From NCBI GenBank assembly GCA_965200155.1, contig CBDATR010000005.1, positions 35,138 through 99,137 of the forward strand: a stretch of DNA of 64,000 bases, written 5' to 3'. Positions within the stretch are counted from its first letter, which is position 1. Every line of letters starts with the position of its first letter. The notes below the pieces were generated by a model. It was not told the DNA's origin. It saw nothing but the letters and a program-made list of their open reading frames with translations, and ran no database searches. Origin of the DNA: Nitrosopumilaceae archaeon. GTDB lineage: Archaea; Thermoproteota; Nitrososphaeria; Nitrososphaerales; Nitrosopumilaceae. The translations under genes were made by a program, and so were the position numbers. Below, piece by piece: positions 20,769 through 31,858 of this stretch.

Positions 20769-21380
20769 ATGCAGGCAAGCGCCCCGGATATCAAGAATAG
20801 GGTTCTGACAACGGGTATACGGGTGGGAACTGGTGTAAGGACCAAATTTATGCGGCCATACATAACCTCTGATCCTCTTGACGGTTACTACATGTTCGAC
20901 ATTGAGATAACATTGCAGCGTATAGATACTGCGGCCCGATTCATACATGGTATAGGTCCCAGCAAGGTCTTGGTGTGTAGCGGTCGTGAATATGCATACT
21001 CACCCATTGAAAAATTCTCCGAACTGGTGGGTTGCATGATGAAGCTCAGTCGCTTTATGCCCGGCACCTTGACCAATCCGTCACTAAAGTACTATATTGA
21101 GCCCAAATTGCTACTGGTCTCGGATCCACAAGTTGATGAGCAGGCTGTCATAGAGGCGACTAACGCGGGCATACCCGTGATCGGGGTGGCCAACACAGAT
21201 AACCTGACGTCGAATATAGATCTTGTAATTCCTGCAAACAACAAGGGCCGTCGCTCACTAGCTACCATATACTGGTTACTGGCGCGCCGTGTTCTCATAG
21301 TGGGGGGCAAGCTGGAAGAAGATGGCGTCATGCCCTATGAGATAGACGACTTCGAGACAAAGAATTTTGAGGGAGAGTAA
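20769..21380 (+). CDS. rps2: 30S ribosomal protein S2
   Basis: RFMPGTLTNP, IPANNKG. Confidence 0.96.
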   Translation: MQASAPDIKNRVLTTGIRVGTGVRTKFMRPYITSDPLDGYYMFDIEITLQRIDTAARFIHGIGPSKVLVCSGREYAYSPIEKFSELVGCMMKLSRFMPGTLTNPSLKYYIEPKLLLVSDPQVDEQAVIEATNAGIPVIGVANTDNLTSNIDLVIPANNKGRRSLATIYWLLARRVLIVGGKLEEDGVMPYEIDDFETKNFEGE

Positions 21381-22179
21381 AGTCCGTCCTCCTGCCGTAT
21401 CTGGACTCTTTTATCCCAGGGGTGGCCTAGCGCGTAGCATAACTGATATCTTTCAAGCCGGTCCGGGATTACCTCCGGGTATGTCTAACAGTACGATAGC
21501 CGTGGTAGTTCCACATGCCGGTTATCAATACTCGGGAATGGTGGCTTCATACTCGTATTATGAGATATCCGGGAACGAGTATCCATACGCTGTAATGGTG
21601 GGTCCGGATCATCGGGGATTGGGAACTGGAATATCCTTGTCCGGTCACGCGCAATGGGAGACTCCATTGGGCGTATCACCTGTACATGAATCATCTGCCT
21701 TGGAGGGGTGTGGTGCCATGTGTGATGTTAGAGCCCATGCATCCGAGCACAGCCTGGAGGTACAGCTGCCCATGATCCAGTATGTCTTTGGGCGTGTGCC
21801 CATACTTCCAATACTGCTCTCGGATCAGTCTATGGTTACCGCGGAGATGCTGGGCAGGCATCTGGCACTGAAAGTGGGTCCGGATAATCCAGCAATGATA
21901 GCCTCCTCGGATCTCACGCATTATGCTCCTGATAGTGTGGTCCGTGATAAAGACCGACATGCCATAGACGCAATGCTGGACTTGGATATTGGGCGATTCT
22001 ATGACACGCTGAGAGGGATGGGAATTACTGCGTGTGGATATGGGGCCATATCCACAATCATGCAGTATAGCATAGAGATGGGCGCATCCAAAGGGCGCCT
22101 ACTGTCATATGTGACCAGCGGCGACACCGGTGGCGACAGAGAGTCGGTAGTGGGATACTGTGCTGTAGCATACGAGTAA
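21367..22179 (+). CDS. MEMO1 / AmmeMemoRadiSam protein B
   Basis: PHAGYQYSG, EHSLEVQLP, SSDLTHY, VVGY. Confidence 0.93.
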   Translation: MRESKVRPPAVSGLFYPRGGLARSITDIFQAGPGLPPGMSNSTIAVVVPHAGYQYSGMVASYSYYEISGNEYPYAVMVGPDHRGLGTGISLSGHAQWETPLGVSPVHESSALEGCGAMCDVRAHASEHSLEVQLPMIQYVFGRVPILPILLSDQSMVTAEMLGRHLALKVGPDNPAMIASSDLTHYAPDSVVRDKDRHAIDAMLDLDIGRFYDTLRGMGITACGYGAISTIMQYSIEMGASKGRLLSYVTSGDTGGDRESVVGYCAVAYE

Positions 22180-22403
22180 CTGTGACGTCATGATGTGCCA
22201 AACACTTCTGAATATGGGGGAGATTTGACTTAGTGTGCGTCTTTTGCTCCCTGACCATGTTGCGCAGTCAACCTAGTGACGTCTTAATCACTGTATGGAT
22301 GATGTGTTCTCTCAAGCCAAATATTATAATCTGCAGAGTCGGCGCCCCGGTGTGCGGCGCCAAAGGACAGAAAGGTAATAAGCTCACGTCACACTGAAAA
22401 TTC

Positions 22404-23072
22404 ATGTCTGAGATTCCCAGTGTGTCCAGGGAGCCACTTAATCTATTGTTCAATATGGGTGGCGTATCGAGGAAGAACGTATGGGATATAGATTTGCTGA
22501 ACATACTAAACATGCTTGCCCGTGTGCTGGAGAAGAAAGACGGCGGGGATCTTCGCATGGCTGGTGTGGCAATTCTCTCCTCGACGCTAATATACAAAAT
22601 GAAGGTGGATAGCATATTTGCCCTGCACCAGGAGACCGTAACCAAGAGTCCACCTCCAAAAAGAAAGCGTGTGGACATAGCAGAGATGCCCATGCCATAT
22701 CGCCATCAATCCACATATGCTGTTACACTGGATGAGTTATTGGCTGAACTTCAAAACTTGGTGGTGTCCATTGCCAATCCTAGGACCCGCCGGTCTTCAC
22801 GACTGAACATAACTCCAGTCGATGTGCCGGATATAAAGGAGCATATGCTGTCGCTGGAGCTTGCGATAAAACCGTACCAAGATCTGATACTGGAAAAACT
22901 ACGGCACCTGGAACGCACACGATTTCAGGATATGGCATCTGAACTGGATTCTTTGGATTCTGTCCGCCTGTTCTTTGCAATACTCTTCTTGGCTAGCAAT
23001 GGCAGGATAACCCTGGAACAGAATGGCGATGATATTATGATTATGATGTCCGACAATCAGGCGACTCACTGA
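22404..23072 (+). CDS. scpA: Chromosome segregation kleisin ScpA
   Basis: NVWDIDL, VTLDELL, FFAILFLA..GRITLEQ. Confidence 0.85.
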   Translation: MSEIPSVSREPLNLLFNMGGVSRKNVWDIDLLNILNMLARVLEKKDGGDLRMAGVAILSSTLIYKMKVDSIFALHQETVTKSPPPKRKRVDIAEMPMPYRHQSTYAVTLDELLAELQNLVVSIANPRTRRSSRLNITPVDVPDIKEHMLSLELAIKPYQDLILEKLRHLERTRFQDMASELDSLDSVRLFFAILFLASNGRITLEQNGDDIMIMMSDNQATH

Positions 23073-23367
23073 GTATCGTGTACTTGTGACTAGCTTGAGA
23101 CGGAACACGCCCTTGACAGTTTATATCGCCCAAGTAATTTTCCATATGTGCCGCCATGGCAGATTCTAAATCCTGTTATTTCACTACGCGACATTCGCAT
23201 AACAAGGCAGCACAGCATACTTTAGGGCTGGCGGGGATAATTCCCTACCGGTTTAGGGTGGTTTGCTTATACTGTTCCATGAAAACATGCCTCAGTTTGG
23301 AGCGTTCTAAACGACTACCGGACGCTGGATGGATCTCTATAAATTAGAGGTGCCTATGTACTATGTT

Positions 23368-23760
23368 ATGAGAAAGACTGTAGAGAATCTTGCCACCAGT
23401 AAGATAACCGGTGGCAGGAGGCATCCGTTGCGCATACGCCGAAAATACGAGATTGACAGGTATCCCAATGAGGCCCTGAACAGGGATCAGCAGGTGACAG
23501 TAATTCGGCGTGTCCGGGGCCGCAACAGCAAGACGGCTCTCAAGACCGTAGATTACGTGAATCTGGCCGGAGCTGACAAAAAGGTGATACGGACAAAGAT
23601 TCTGAAGGTACTGGAGAACCCCACCAATAACGACTACCAGCGGCGGGGTGTTATAACACGAAGGGCCATACTGGAAACCAAGGAAGGCAAGTGCAGGGTA
23701 GTATCTAGGCCGGGCCAAGATGGTGTAGTCAACGCAGTCCTGATGGAGTCCAAGAAATAA
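23368..23760 (+). CDS. rps8e: 30S ribosomal protein S8e
   Basis: KITGG, RVRGRN, SRPGQDGVVNAV. Confidence 0.95.
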   Translation: MRKTVENLATSKITGGRRHPLRIRRKYEIDRYPNEALNRDQQVTVIRRVRGRNSKTALKTVDYVNLAGADKKVIRTKILKVLENPTNNDYQRRGVITRRAILETKEGKCRVVSRPGQDGVVNAVLMESKK

Positions 23761-23784
23761 GTAGTATTCATGTAGACTCTATGT

Positions 23785-24600
23785 ATGGGTAAGCGCGTTG
23801 CAATTTTGGGTTGTGGTGTCATAGGCACACATCTTGCCTTGGCCATAGATCGTGGTTATATTCCTGCCACTCTGCATGCCGTATATGATGAGGATCCACT
23901 GGCATCAGAGCGACTTGCTGACAAGCTAAAGTCCAGGCCCATAATATCCCAAAATGCTCATCTACTTTCGTACCCGCCTGTGGATGTGGTGGTGGAGGCT
24001 GCCTCGCAGACGGCGGTACGTAACGCGGGTCTGAGTGTACTGCAGAATCGTCGGGACCTGATTATAATGAGCGTCGGCGCCTTGCTGGACGATAGTATCC
24101 GGGAGACACTGGAGGATGCGTGCAGCCATTATGGTTGTAGGGTTTACCTCCCCTCCGGTGCCATAGGCGGCCTGGATGCCATTGCTGCGGTCAAGCAAGA
24201 GGTAGAAAAAATATCCATAACCACCACAAAGAGTCCCTCCTCTCTTGGAGGTGCACCTTACTTTGAGGAGTTTCACACTGATCCCGCTACCATACAGGAA
24301 AGGACTGTTCTGTTCTCTGGTACTGCAACAGATGCAGTAAAACTATTCCCGGCTAACGTGAATGTGGCTGCCCTTGTCTCCCTGGCCGCTGGCCGTAACG
24401 CTACCGTTACTGTGGTGGCGGATCCTGGCACTACAAAAAATATCCACGTCATAGACGCCTCTGGAACATTTGGCTCCATGTCGTTTGTGATACATAATGT
24501 GCCAGATGCTGATAACCCTCGTACCAGCAGGCTGGCAATACTGGCTGCCATAGAAACATTATATCGATACTGCTCGTATACCGTGAGAATTGGCACTTAA
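23785..24600 (+). CDS. nadX: L-aspartate dehydrogenase
   Basis: GCGVIG, VVEAAS, PSGAIGGLD, FPANVNVAA; next to nadA. Confidence 0.93.
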   Translation: MGKRVAILGCGVIGTHLALAIDRGYIPATLHAVYDEDPLASERLADKLKSRPIISQNAHLLSYPPVDVVVEAASQTAVRNAGLSVLQNRRDLIIMSVGALLDDSIRETLEDACSHYGCRVYLPSGAIGGLDAIAAVKQEVEKISITTTKSPSSLGGAPYFEEFHTDPATIQERTVLFSGTATDAVKLFPANVNVAALVSLAAGRNATVTVVADPGTTKNIHVIDASGTFGSMSFVIHNVPDADNPRTSRLAILAAIETLYRYCSYTVRIGT

Positions 24601-24676
24601 TGTTGGCAAAAATTGCCTTCATTAAAAGCAATAATAACCATATTCGACATTAACATTTCGCTTAAATCATGGATAC

Positions 24677-25636
24677 TTGTACATTCGATCTATGCAGGAG
24701 GATGTGGCTGACCGCATACGCCAGCTCAAGAAAGAGAAGAATGCCGTTATTCTAGCGCACAACTACCAGATACCCCAAGTACAGGATGTGGCAGATATAG
24801 TGGGAGACTCGCTAAACCTCTCCAGACAAGCCGCCAAGGTGGATCAGGATATCATTATATTTTGCGGCGTACATTTTATGGCGGAAACCGCGGCCATAAT
24901 TAGCCCTCAAAAACAAGTACTCATACCGGATCCTGATGCCGGTTGCTCGCTGTCTGACTCCATAACGGCATCGCAGTTACGAGAATGGAAGAAAGATCAT
25001 CCCGGTTCTGTGGCAGTAGGATACGTAAATACCACGGCCCAGATAAAGGCCGAACTTGACTATTGCTGTACCTCGTCCAATGCGGTGAACGTGGTGCGAG
25101 CCATTCCTGCAGATCAGGACATACTCTTTCTACCCGACATGTTCTTGGGGTCATATGTGGGCAAGATGACGGGACGCAAGAACATGTATGTGTGGGCCGG
25201 TGAATGCCATGTACACGCGGGTATTACCTCGCAGGATGTGGAAAAGAAGATGCGCGGCCTAGACGATGCCGAGTTTGTCATACATCCTGAGTGCAGCTGT
25301 ACCACTCCAATGTTATATGATCTGGCATCGGGCCAGTACCGCGACAGACCTGTGTCCATCCTGTCCACTGAGGGCATGATGAAGCATGTCAAGAATTCCA
25401 GATCTACCAGTTTTGTGGTAGCCACCGAGACCGGTATACTGCACAGGATGAGGCGGCAGAATCCGGGGAAACAGTTCTTGCCTGCCTCCGACAAGGCTGA
25501 GTGTCAATACATGAAGATGATAACCTTGGAGAAGGTGTATGATTCTCTGGCAAATGACAGATACCTAGTCACTGTTCCCTCGGACATATCCTCTCGTGCC
25601 CGCTTGGCCATAGACAGGATGCTGGCTATAAGCTGA
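24677..25636 (+). CDS. nadA: Quinolinate synthase A
   Basis: LAHNYQ, CGVHFMAE, AGCSL, HPEC. Confidence 0.97.
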   Translation: MYIRSMQEDVADRIRQLKKEKNAVILAHNYQIPQVQDVADIVGDSLNLSRQAAKVDQDIIIFCGVHFMAETAAIISPQKQVLIPDPDAGCSLSDSITASQLREWKKDHPGSVAVGYVNTTAQIKAELDYCCTSSNAVNVVRAIPADQDILFLPDMFLGSYVGKMTGRKNMYVWAGECHVHAGITSQDVEKKMRGLDDAEFVIHPECSCTTPMLYDLASGQYRDRPVSILSTEGMMKHVKNSRSTSFVVATETGILHRMRRQNPGKQFLPASDKAECQYMKMITLEKVYDSLANDRYLVTVPSDISSRARLAIDRMLAIS

Positions 25637-25853
25637 GATTGCCCCTTCCTGAATTATGCCACACACCCTTCGGGCAGATTGCGTAAGATTTCTTTTGATA
25701 TGGGAAATGTTCTTTGCACGTCAGTATAAACCGGAATTATATTGCATAATCTCTCACGTGTAGTATTTATCTCTCAGTGGCATTTCTAAATCATATCGGT
25801 GCTGTATGACCAATCGCCCTGTCTCGTTTGTGTAATGGCCAGTGAATCCATAT

Positions 25854-26802
25854 TCAATAGTACGAAAAGTAAGTCCGCTTAGGATCCGGCGTACAGTAGC
25901 TGACTATTTCATTGCACAAGCCAATGGTAAAGAGAATAACAGAGGAATCAAGATAAAAGAGGCGTTGCCGCAACCAAAATAGCTCAAGACCTGAAACAAG
26001 ACACGTACGAAGATTGTGAACCAGAGAACGGGGACGACTCAAGATGGGCAGGCCCATGATACCAATCACCGCCACCCAGATACGAATGGTGACTGAAGCA
26101 TACAGCAAGGACCCCGCCGGAGTAGTACGTATTGCAAAGAGGCTTAGACATGATACATATCGCGCAGTATGTCACATAATGAAAAAGAACGGCACGACAG
26201 TCTCATCACCTGCAAAGTCAGAGTGGGTACGCTATGAGCGTAAATATTCCAATGCAATGTGGCACTGGCATGTCATGAAAGATGAGCGCTTCGAGGGACT
26301 GAATCTCATAGATGATACATCCAGGTATAGTCGGGGCGGCACTATTCTAGCATGCAGCCTTAGAGAACGCCACTCTATTACTGAGACTGGCAATGAAACG
26401 ATTCGGCGCCCCTGCATCTCGGATAACGGCGCGTGTTTCGTAGGACAATAAAAGGGCAAGAAAAGCTGGAAACCCACTATTCTAGGAAGAACTGCTGGAT
26501 CAAGACATCATACTAATCAATTCCAGACCATATCACCCGCAGACAAATGGCAAACTGGAGCGCTTCCACAGAACGATTGAGGACGAGGGGACTCTTATTT
26601 AAGAGTCCAACGAGATATGGTATTATGACAGTCTCCGGGATTATGTGGACTACTACAATGAGAGAAGATTGCACTTCTCACTGGATAGATAACGACGAAA
26701 CACCACTCCAGGAATAAAAAGGCGACCCAGACTAGGGCAAATGATGCAAAATGGACGGAGCGGGATGCCAATGAGTAGCGGACCGACTTTTCATACATTA
26801 CA
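25854..26802 (+). mobile_element. IS481-family element, pseudogenised (copy C)
   Basis: Same ends and body as copies A, B, D. Confidence 0.87.
26588..26609 (+). mobile_element. 22-bp micro-hairpin insertion
   Basis: GGGACTCTTATTTAAGAGTCCA with ACGAG/ACGAG duplication; absent from the other IS481 copies. Confidence 0.88.
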
Positions 26803-26846
26803 ATGTGATGACAATACTAATAAACTATCGACCATACTTTATCAAA

Positions 26847-28890
26847 ATGTTACAATCTACGAACCGTAGCAATATCGCACTTAAAGCTTTAATCGGGGGG
26901 GGGGGGTCTCCTCCTTGCACTTTTACTAGTATTAGTACCGGCCACTGATCTTGCGTTTGCCTTATATATACTAGACATAGAACCACAGAGTGTAGCTGAA
27001 GGCGGTACAATTGCGTTTTGGATAGATGTCATGGGTGGCGATGGCGGCCCCATAACATACACCATGAAAAACGGCCCACCAGGTGCCACATTACGCTCTT
27101 CTACTGGCTACTTTACGTGGACGCCCAGCTTTTATAGCCCATCCTCTGTTACCATAACCGTCACCGCCGAGGACAACACACACGGGTGGGACACCGAGGA
27201 TTTCACCATATCGGTCATTAAGAAAGACCGTCCAATATCCGGTCTTACAGTAACTCCTACCTCCACTGGTGCCACCGTTACATGGAATCAGTACAAAACT
27301 GATACCAAATATGTCGTGGCGTTACGTGATGGAGATGGAGATAGACTTGGGGTAACACGCGTTACCGGAACCACACATGATATTACCGGACTGACTCCTG
27401 ACACCGACTATAGGGTATTTGTCAGAACCATTGGAGACGGCTTTGTCAAGTCCAACCTTGTATTCTTTAAGACAAAAGTCCCTCCCCCTAGTTTCACTAC
27501 TATACCAGACATTACCATGAATGAGGCCGAGAAGAAAACCATACCACTCAGTGTAACCCCTGCGAGTGATTCTGTCACATATGCAATAACCAAACAGGAC
27601 GGCACAGCTGCACCCGGATTTGCATACATAGCTCCCATATCTTCTGACGGTGCAATTACAGACCACATTGTTTTGCTTCCTGGCAGAACCGATAGTGGAC
27701 AATATTCACTGCGTGTCACAGCAACTAGTGGTAGCGATCCCATACATGAGGACTTTGTACTTACCGTAAATGACGACGTTATAGATCCACCTAGTATCTC
27801 AGAAAGAACGCCAAATTCTATAACTATCGAAGTACCTGGAACTGAACCAACAAATTATAAAGACTCACCTCTTTGTGTAGTAGCTGATGTCTTTGAATCT
27901 TCCCCATGGAAGCTTATGCAGACCGAATCTCTGACTATTCATGGTAACATGACAATCACAAACCTCTTACCTAATACTGATTACACCATCAGTGTGGTCA
28001 ACGAATGCAAAGGTGTAAGTTTAGAAACCTTCGATGTCAATACTGATTCCATCCTCAGATTCACTAATACTATACCAGACATTACCATGGACGAGGGTAC
28101 AACACGTTACATAAAGCTAAATGCAAATGATTATAATGATAGGGACATCAAATATAATTTAAAGGTCCTGAACGACAAGACATTACCTGGATCTGCAGGA
28201 ATATCCGGTGGTATCCTCCTTTTGGAGCCTGATAGAACAGCAGCAGGAGAATACACTCTACGTGTCAAAGCAACTGCTGGCAGCGACATCATACGTGATG
28301 AATTTGTACTTACCGTAAGTGATCCTGGTATTGATCCACCCCAAATCAAAACTAAAAATAGCACCTCTGTAACTATAGAGGTCGCCTCAGAGGACTATGA
28401 CGCAAAGAGCATAGCCTGTACAATCGCCGATATCTTCCAAACCTCTTCCGGGCCTTCAAGTGCTGATTTACATGTGTTCACATCAAACCCTCTAACAATT
28501 ACGGGCCTCTCACCTGATACTGAATACACCATAATTGTGTCTACAGACTGTGTTCCCGCTGGAATTCTGGGAACCCTAAAGTTCACTACATCATCTAGTA
28601 GCAGTGATCAGACATCACCTGACGATCAGACATCTTTAACACTAAGTAGAACCATAAGTGGCAATGATGTTACTCTAAGCTGGAACGACTTGGCAGATAC
28701 TACCTATATCGTGGTGGTATTTGATGGGGACAGAGACCGAGTCATTGAAGGCGGAGCAGCACGCGTATCAACTAACTCCTATACCCTCGAAGACTTAGAT
28801 GCTGACACATATACGGCATTTGTGAGAACCCCTGGACCCTCAGGAACTCATACCATGTCCAACACTGTAACCTTTACCATCACCAGTTAA
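26847..28890 (+). CDS. Secreted FN3/cadherin-like surface protein, frameshifted at a G12 tract
   Basis: ATG 26847 joins ORF 27031-28890 if one G is removed from 26895-26906, giving a signal peptide; FN3 and Ig-like repeats. Confidence 0.8.
26895..26906. repeat. G12 homopolymer (candidate contingency locus)
   Basis: AATC-G12-TCTCCTCC inside the signal-peptide coding region. Confidence 0.85.
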
Positions 28891-28949
28891 TTTTTTCTCA
28901 GTTTAAGTTGTCTCACGCGTTCAGATGCCAACCCGGCTTGTATGAGAGT

Positions 28950-29069
28950 GCGGCATAGCCACGGGTCTGTTCTAGCCGCCCAACCATGGGGCGGCATAGC
29001 CACGGGTCTGTTCTAGCCGCCCAACCATGGGGCGGCATAGCCACGGGTCTGTTCTAGCCGCCCAACCAG
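28950..29069. repeat. 41-bp tandem repeat x3 (36-bp GGGGC...GCCCA hairpin + ACCAT)
   Basis: GCGGCATAGCCACGGGTCTGTTCTAGCCGCCCAACCATGGG repeated. Confidence 0.9.
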
Positions 29070-29084
29070 AAAGGCTGGCGCATA

Positions 29085-29176
29085 GTATGAGTTCACCTGT
29101 GTCTAAATTTACGCATAACTAATCGCAACAGTTAATGTGATTTGTGCATAAGATTCCGGAAGACGTGAACTCATAC
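29085..29176 (-). mobile_element. 92-bp MITE
   Basis: TIRs; TSD GGCGCATA. Confidence 0.95.
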
Positions 29177-29280
29177 GGCGCATATCCTGTCCCGACAGAG
29201 TACACATAACGGAATTAATGCCAGCTAGAATGTGCGGCAGTAGTGAGCGGGAATGATTCCAATTGGGTGCGGTAAATAAA

Positions 29281-29374
29281 GGGGGCGGCCATTCCCGCCC
29301 AATGAGGGGGCGGTTTACCCGCCCAATGAGGGGGCTACAAAGTAGCCCAATGAGGGGGCGACCATTCCAGGGCC
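29281..29374. repeat. 24-bp-period array of micro-hairpins with variable loops
   Basis: GCCCAATGAGGGGGC at 29297, 29321, 29345 separated by GGTTTACCC and TACAAAGTA. Confidence 0.85.
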
Positions 29375-29630
29375 GATTATGCCTGGGAACAATTCATGGT
29401 ACATGTGGAATAGCAGAGAATAGTGGCTAGATTTGGATGATGTAAGTAGTTCATAGGGACGGTTACCATGGAATGAGTCACAGAATGGTGTGTATCCGCA
29501 CCTGGGCGCTATCGGGACGCCCGGATCATCCCTGAATCGTTGCGGGTCGTCCGCGCAAATTACTGAGGGGATTGAATCATTCTTGGACGTGTTCCGGGAA
29601 TGATTCCCGGCCAGTTAAAGTCCACACCGG

Positions 29631-30528
29631 GTATGAGTTCACGTGTTTTGATCACATAATATGATAGAATGCATCCCAGTTTTTTAATTATAATTGCATT
29701 CTGGCAGCAACCTCGTTCATTACAGAAAGGCCCTGAGCCCTCCATGTCTGAACACATATGGACATGCGGCGCATGGCCCTTTCACCACCCTTTATCTGAC
29801 CACTAATCTTGCGGAATACCACTGCGTATCAGAACCGGTTCCACTGCTCCGCTGGATTGTTGGTGGGCTCCACACTGTCATATTCTAGGAATACGAACAT
29901 GCCTGGTATGGCCTTATTCAATCCTTTTACCTTCTTTTGCAGTTCAGTATCATCAACATCACAATACTGATGCATCTGCTCCTGCCTCAAATGAGTGTCG
30001 TAATTGCGCGGACGGCCCGCAGCGATTCACGTGCGCTCCGGATCAAATCGTTGTCAAGTTTGATCCGGGCGTCCTGATCACCGGGATCAATATAGAATCC
30101 TGCATGTAATATACTGGTATCGCGCAATAAATGCGCCCAGATGGTGCTTCCCACCGTCATCAAACCGGTAACACACAACGTACCTGTCTGTGACTATCGC
30201 GCCCTGGTAACCGTTCAGGTATTTGTACACTACATGTGAACTCCTACTTTTGTATATCATCCACTCTTCGGCCCGCATCCCCCATATCCAGCCACGCTTA
30301 CCCGCCAGTGATATACCAGTTTCGTCCACATGAATGCTGGGTGATTTTTTCATAAATTGTTTCCATAAATGATTCGCATGCATCGGCGGCCCTGGCAATT
30401 ATGTTGTTTACCGCACCCACCGATATATTCAGGCCGAAGAGATCTCTCGAAATTACAGGTATGCGCTTTATTGGAATTTTCTCCGCACGCAATGCAGTGA
30501 TGGCACCACATAATTGGACCCCAAAACC
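29631..30528 (-). mobile_element. IS66-family remnant (transposase pseudogene plus terminal repeat)
   Basis: IHVDETG, GWIW, VTDRY, WAHLLRD, EPTNN..RKISG fragments; end GTATGAGTTCACGT at 29631. Confidence 0.85.
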
Positions 30529-30620
30529 GTATGAGTTCACCTGTGTCTAAATTTACGCATAACTGATCGCGACAGTTAATGTGATTTGTGCATAAGATTC
30601 CGGAAGACGTGAACTCATAC
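30529..30620 (-). mobile_element. 92-bp MITE without TSD (recombined junction)
   Basis: Flanks differ (CCAAAACC / TTCAAGAG); joins the IS66 remnant to the tnpB remnant. Confidence 0.92.
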
Positions 30621-30858
30621 TTCAAGAGTGGTTCCGGGTATGTAGTAGCCACCAAGACTGATCTCGTATACCGCTCTATTATAGACATAATCGGATGTGT
30701 GACCAAATATCTTGGCGCGCCGGGAGAACTCCTTATCATTCTTCAACGGTATAATGACGGTCCAAATTATGTCATCCATCGTCTGATGATTCTACTCCAG
30801 CAGTGGTTCTATAAAAGTACGGTCCTATACCCGGCAAAGACTTGTGGTGGGCGCTATA
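30621..30858 (-). mobile_element. Left end of TIR-tnpB element (T2), truncated
   Basis: Matches ~61889-62109, including end ACTTGTGGTGGGCGCTATA. Confidence 0.8.
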
Positions 30859-30958
30859 TAATGACCAAAATTTGTGAACCGTCCGGAGTCAAAAGGCTGG
30901 CAGGTTAGCATATGGTTTGGCATGAATGGATCATGCGGGATTAAAAATTGAAAAACAT

Positions 30959-31768
30959 CTAGAATCTGGGCATTAGGCTGAGCTTGGATCTCGCAGACAT
31001 TGCCACTATGGATATTATGGCAACCGCCAAGACTAGTGCAGCTATGGTTCCAAACTCGGGTACCGCTACGGATGTCCCGATTATCTCTATTTGACTAGAT
31101 CCTGCTATGAAGTCTATTCTGAGCATTCTAGAATCATCTGTGGTACTGGTTTCCATATACTGAACCTCTTCGCCGTCAATCAGTACAAAGAACGCATCAT
31201 CATCACCATTGGGCATTAGGGAGTCTATCAACATACGTGGGAGTGTTATATCCAGGTATCCGTCGTTATCAGCCTCAATGTCAATGATCAATGTGTTTGC
31301 TTCCGGATTGGTATGCATTCCAAGTACACTACCCTCTCTTATAGTGAATGATGGTTCAAACTCGGTACCATCCACCATAATTCCGGGAGTATCAATAGGT
31401 GTAAACGTAAATGAGGTAGTTGCTAGCCGGGGCGACCGGGCATCAAGGGAGTAATTTGCCTCGATGGTGTACAATCCTTGCTCCTTCATCAGTCCGCCAG
31501 CTACAATATCAAGAGCGAACGTATTGCCGTCCCCTACCCTGAGCTGGTTCAGAGCTACTAAATTGCCGCTCGGTGAGGTAACAGTTATGCTCACATCACC
31601 GCCGTGCTTCTGTAGTACAAATCCCATAATGGATACGACCTCGCCTTCTACATACGACTCTTTATCGGTACTCACAGTTACGTAATCTACCATCTGGGCC
31701 ATAGCAGGGGCCATACTAATACCAGTTAGTATTACGGCCGCCAAAGCCAAAGTCAGAAATCTTATCAT
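30959..31768 (-). CDS. PEFG-CTERM sorting domain surface protein
   Basis: Signal peptide; IEIIGT..VPEFG followed by TM helix and basic tail. Confidence 0.92.
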   Translation of the reverse strand: MIRFLTLALAAVILTGISMAPAMAQMVDYVTVSTDKESYVEGEVVSIMGFVLQKHGGDVSITVTSPSGNLVALNQLRVGDGNTFALDIVAGGLMKEQGLYTIEANYSLDARSPRLATTSFTFTPIDTPGIMVDGTEFEPSFTIREGSVLGMHTNPEANTLIIDIEADNDGYLDITLPRMLIDSLMPNGDDDAFFVLIDGEEVQYMETSTTDDSRMLRIDFIAGSSQIEIIGTSVAVPEFGTIAALVLAVAIISIVAMSARSKLSLMPRF

Positions 31769-31858
31769 TAGATTGAAATTATGAAAATTCTATTTAAATA
31801 TGTCATGTTAACCATATCTTTCCCATCCTGTATGCAAGGGTGAGTTTGCCAGATGTTG

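Noticed and set aside
25637-25853. Absence of nadC after nadX-nadA
   Set aside because: May lie elsewhere in the genome; cannot be judged from this window
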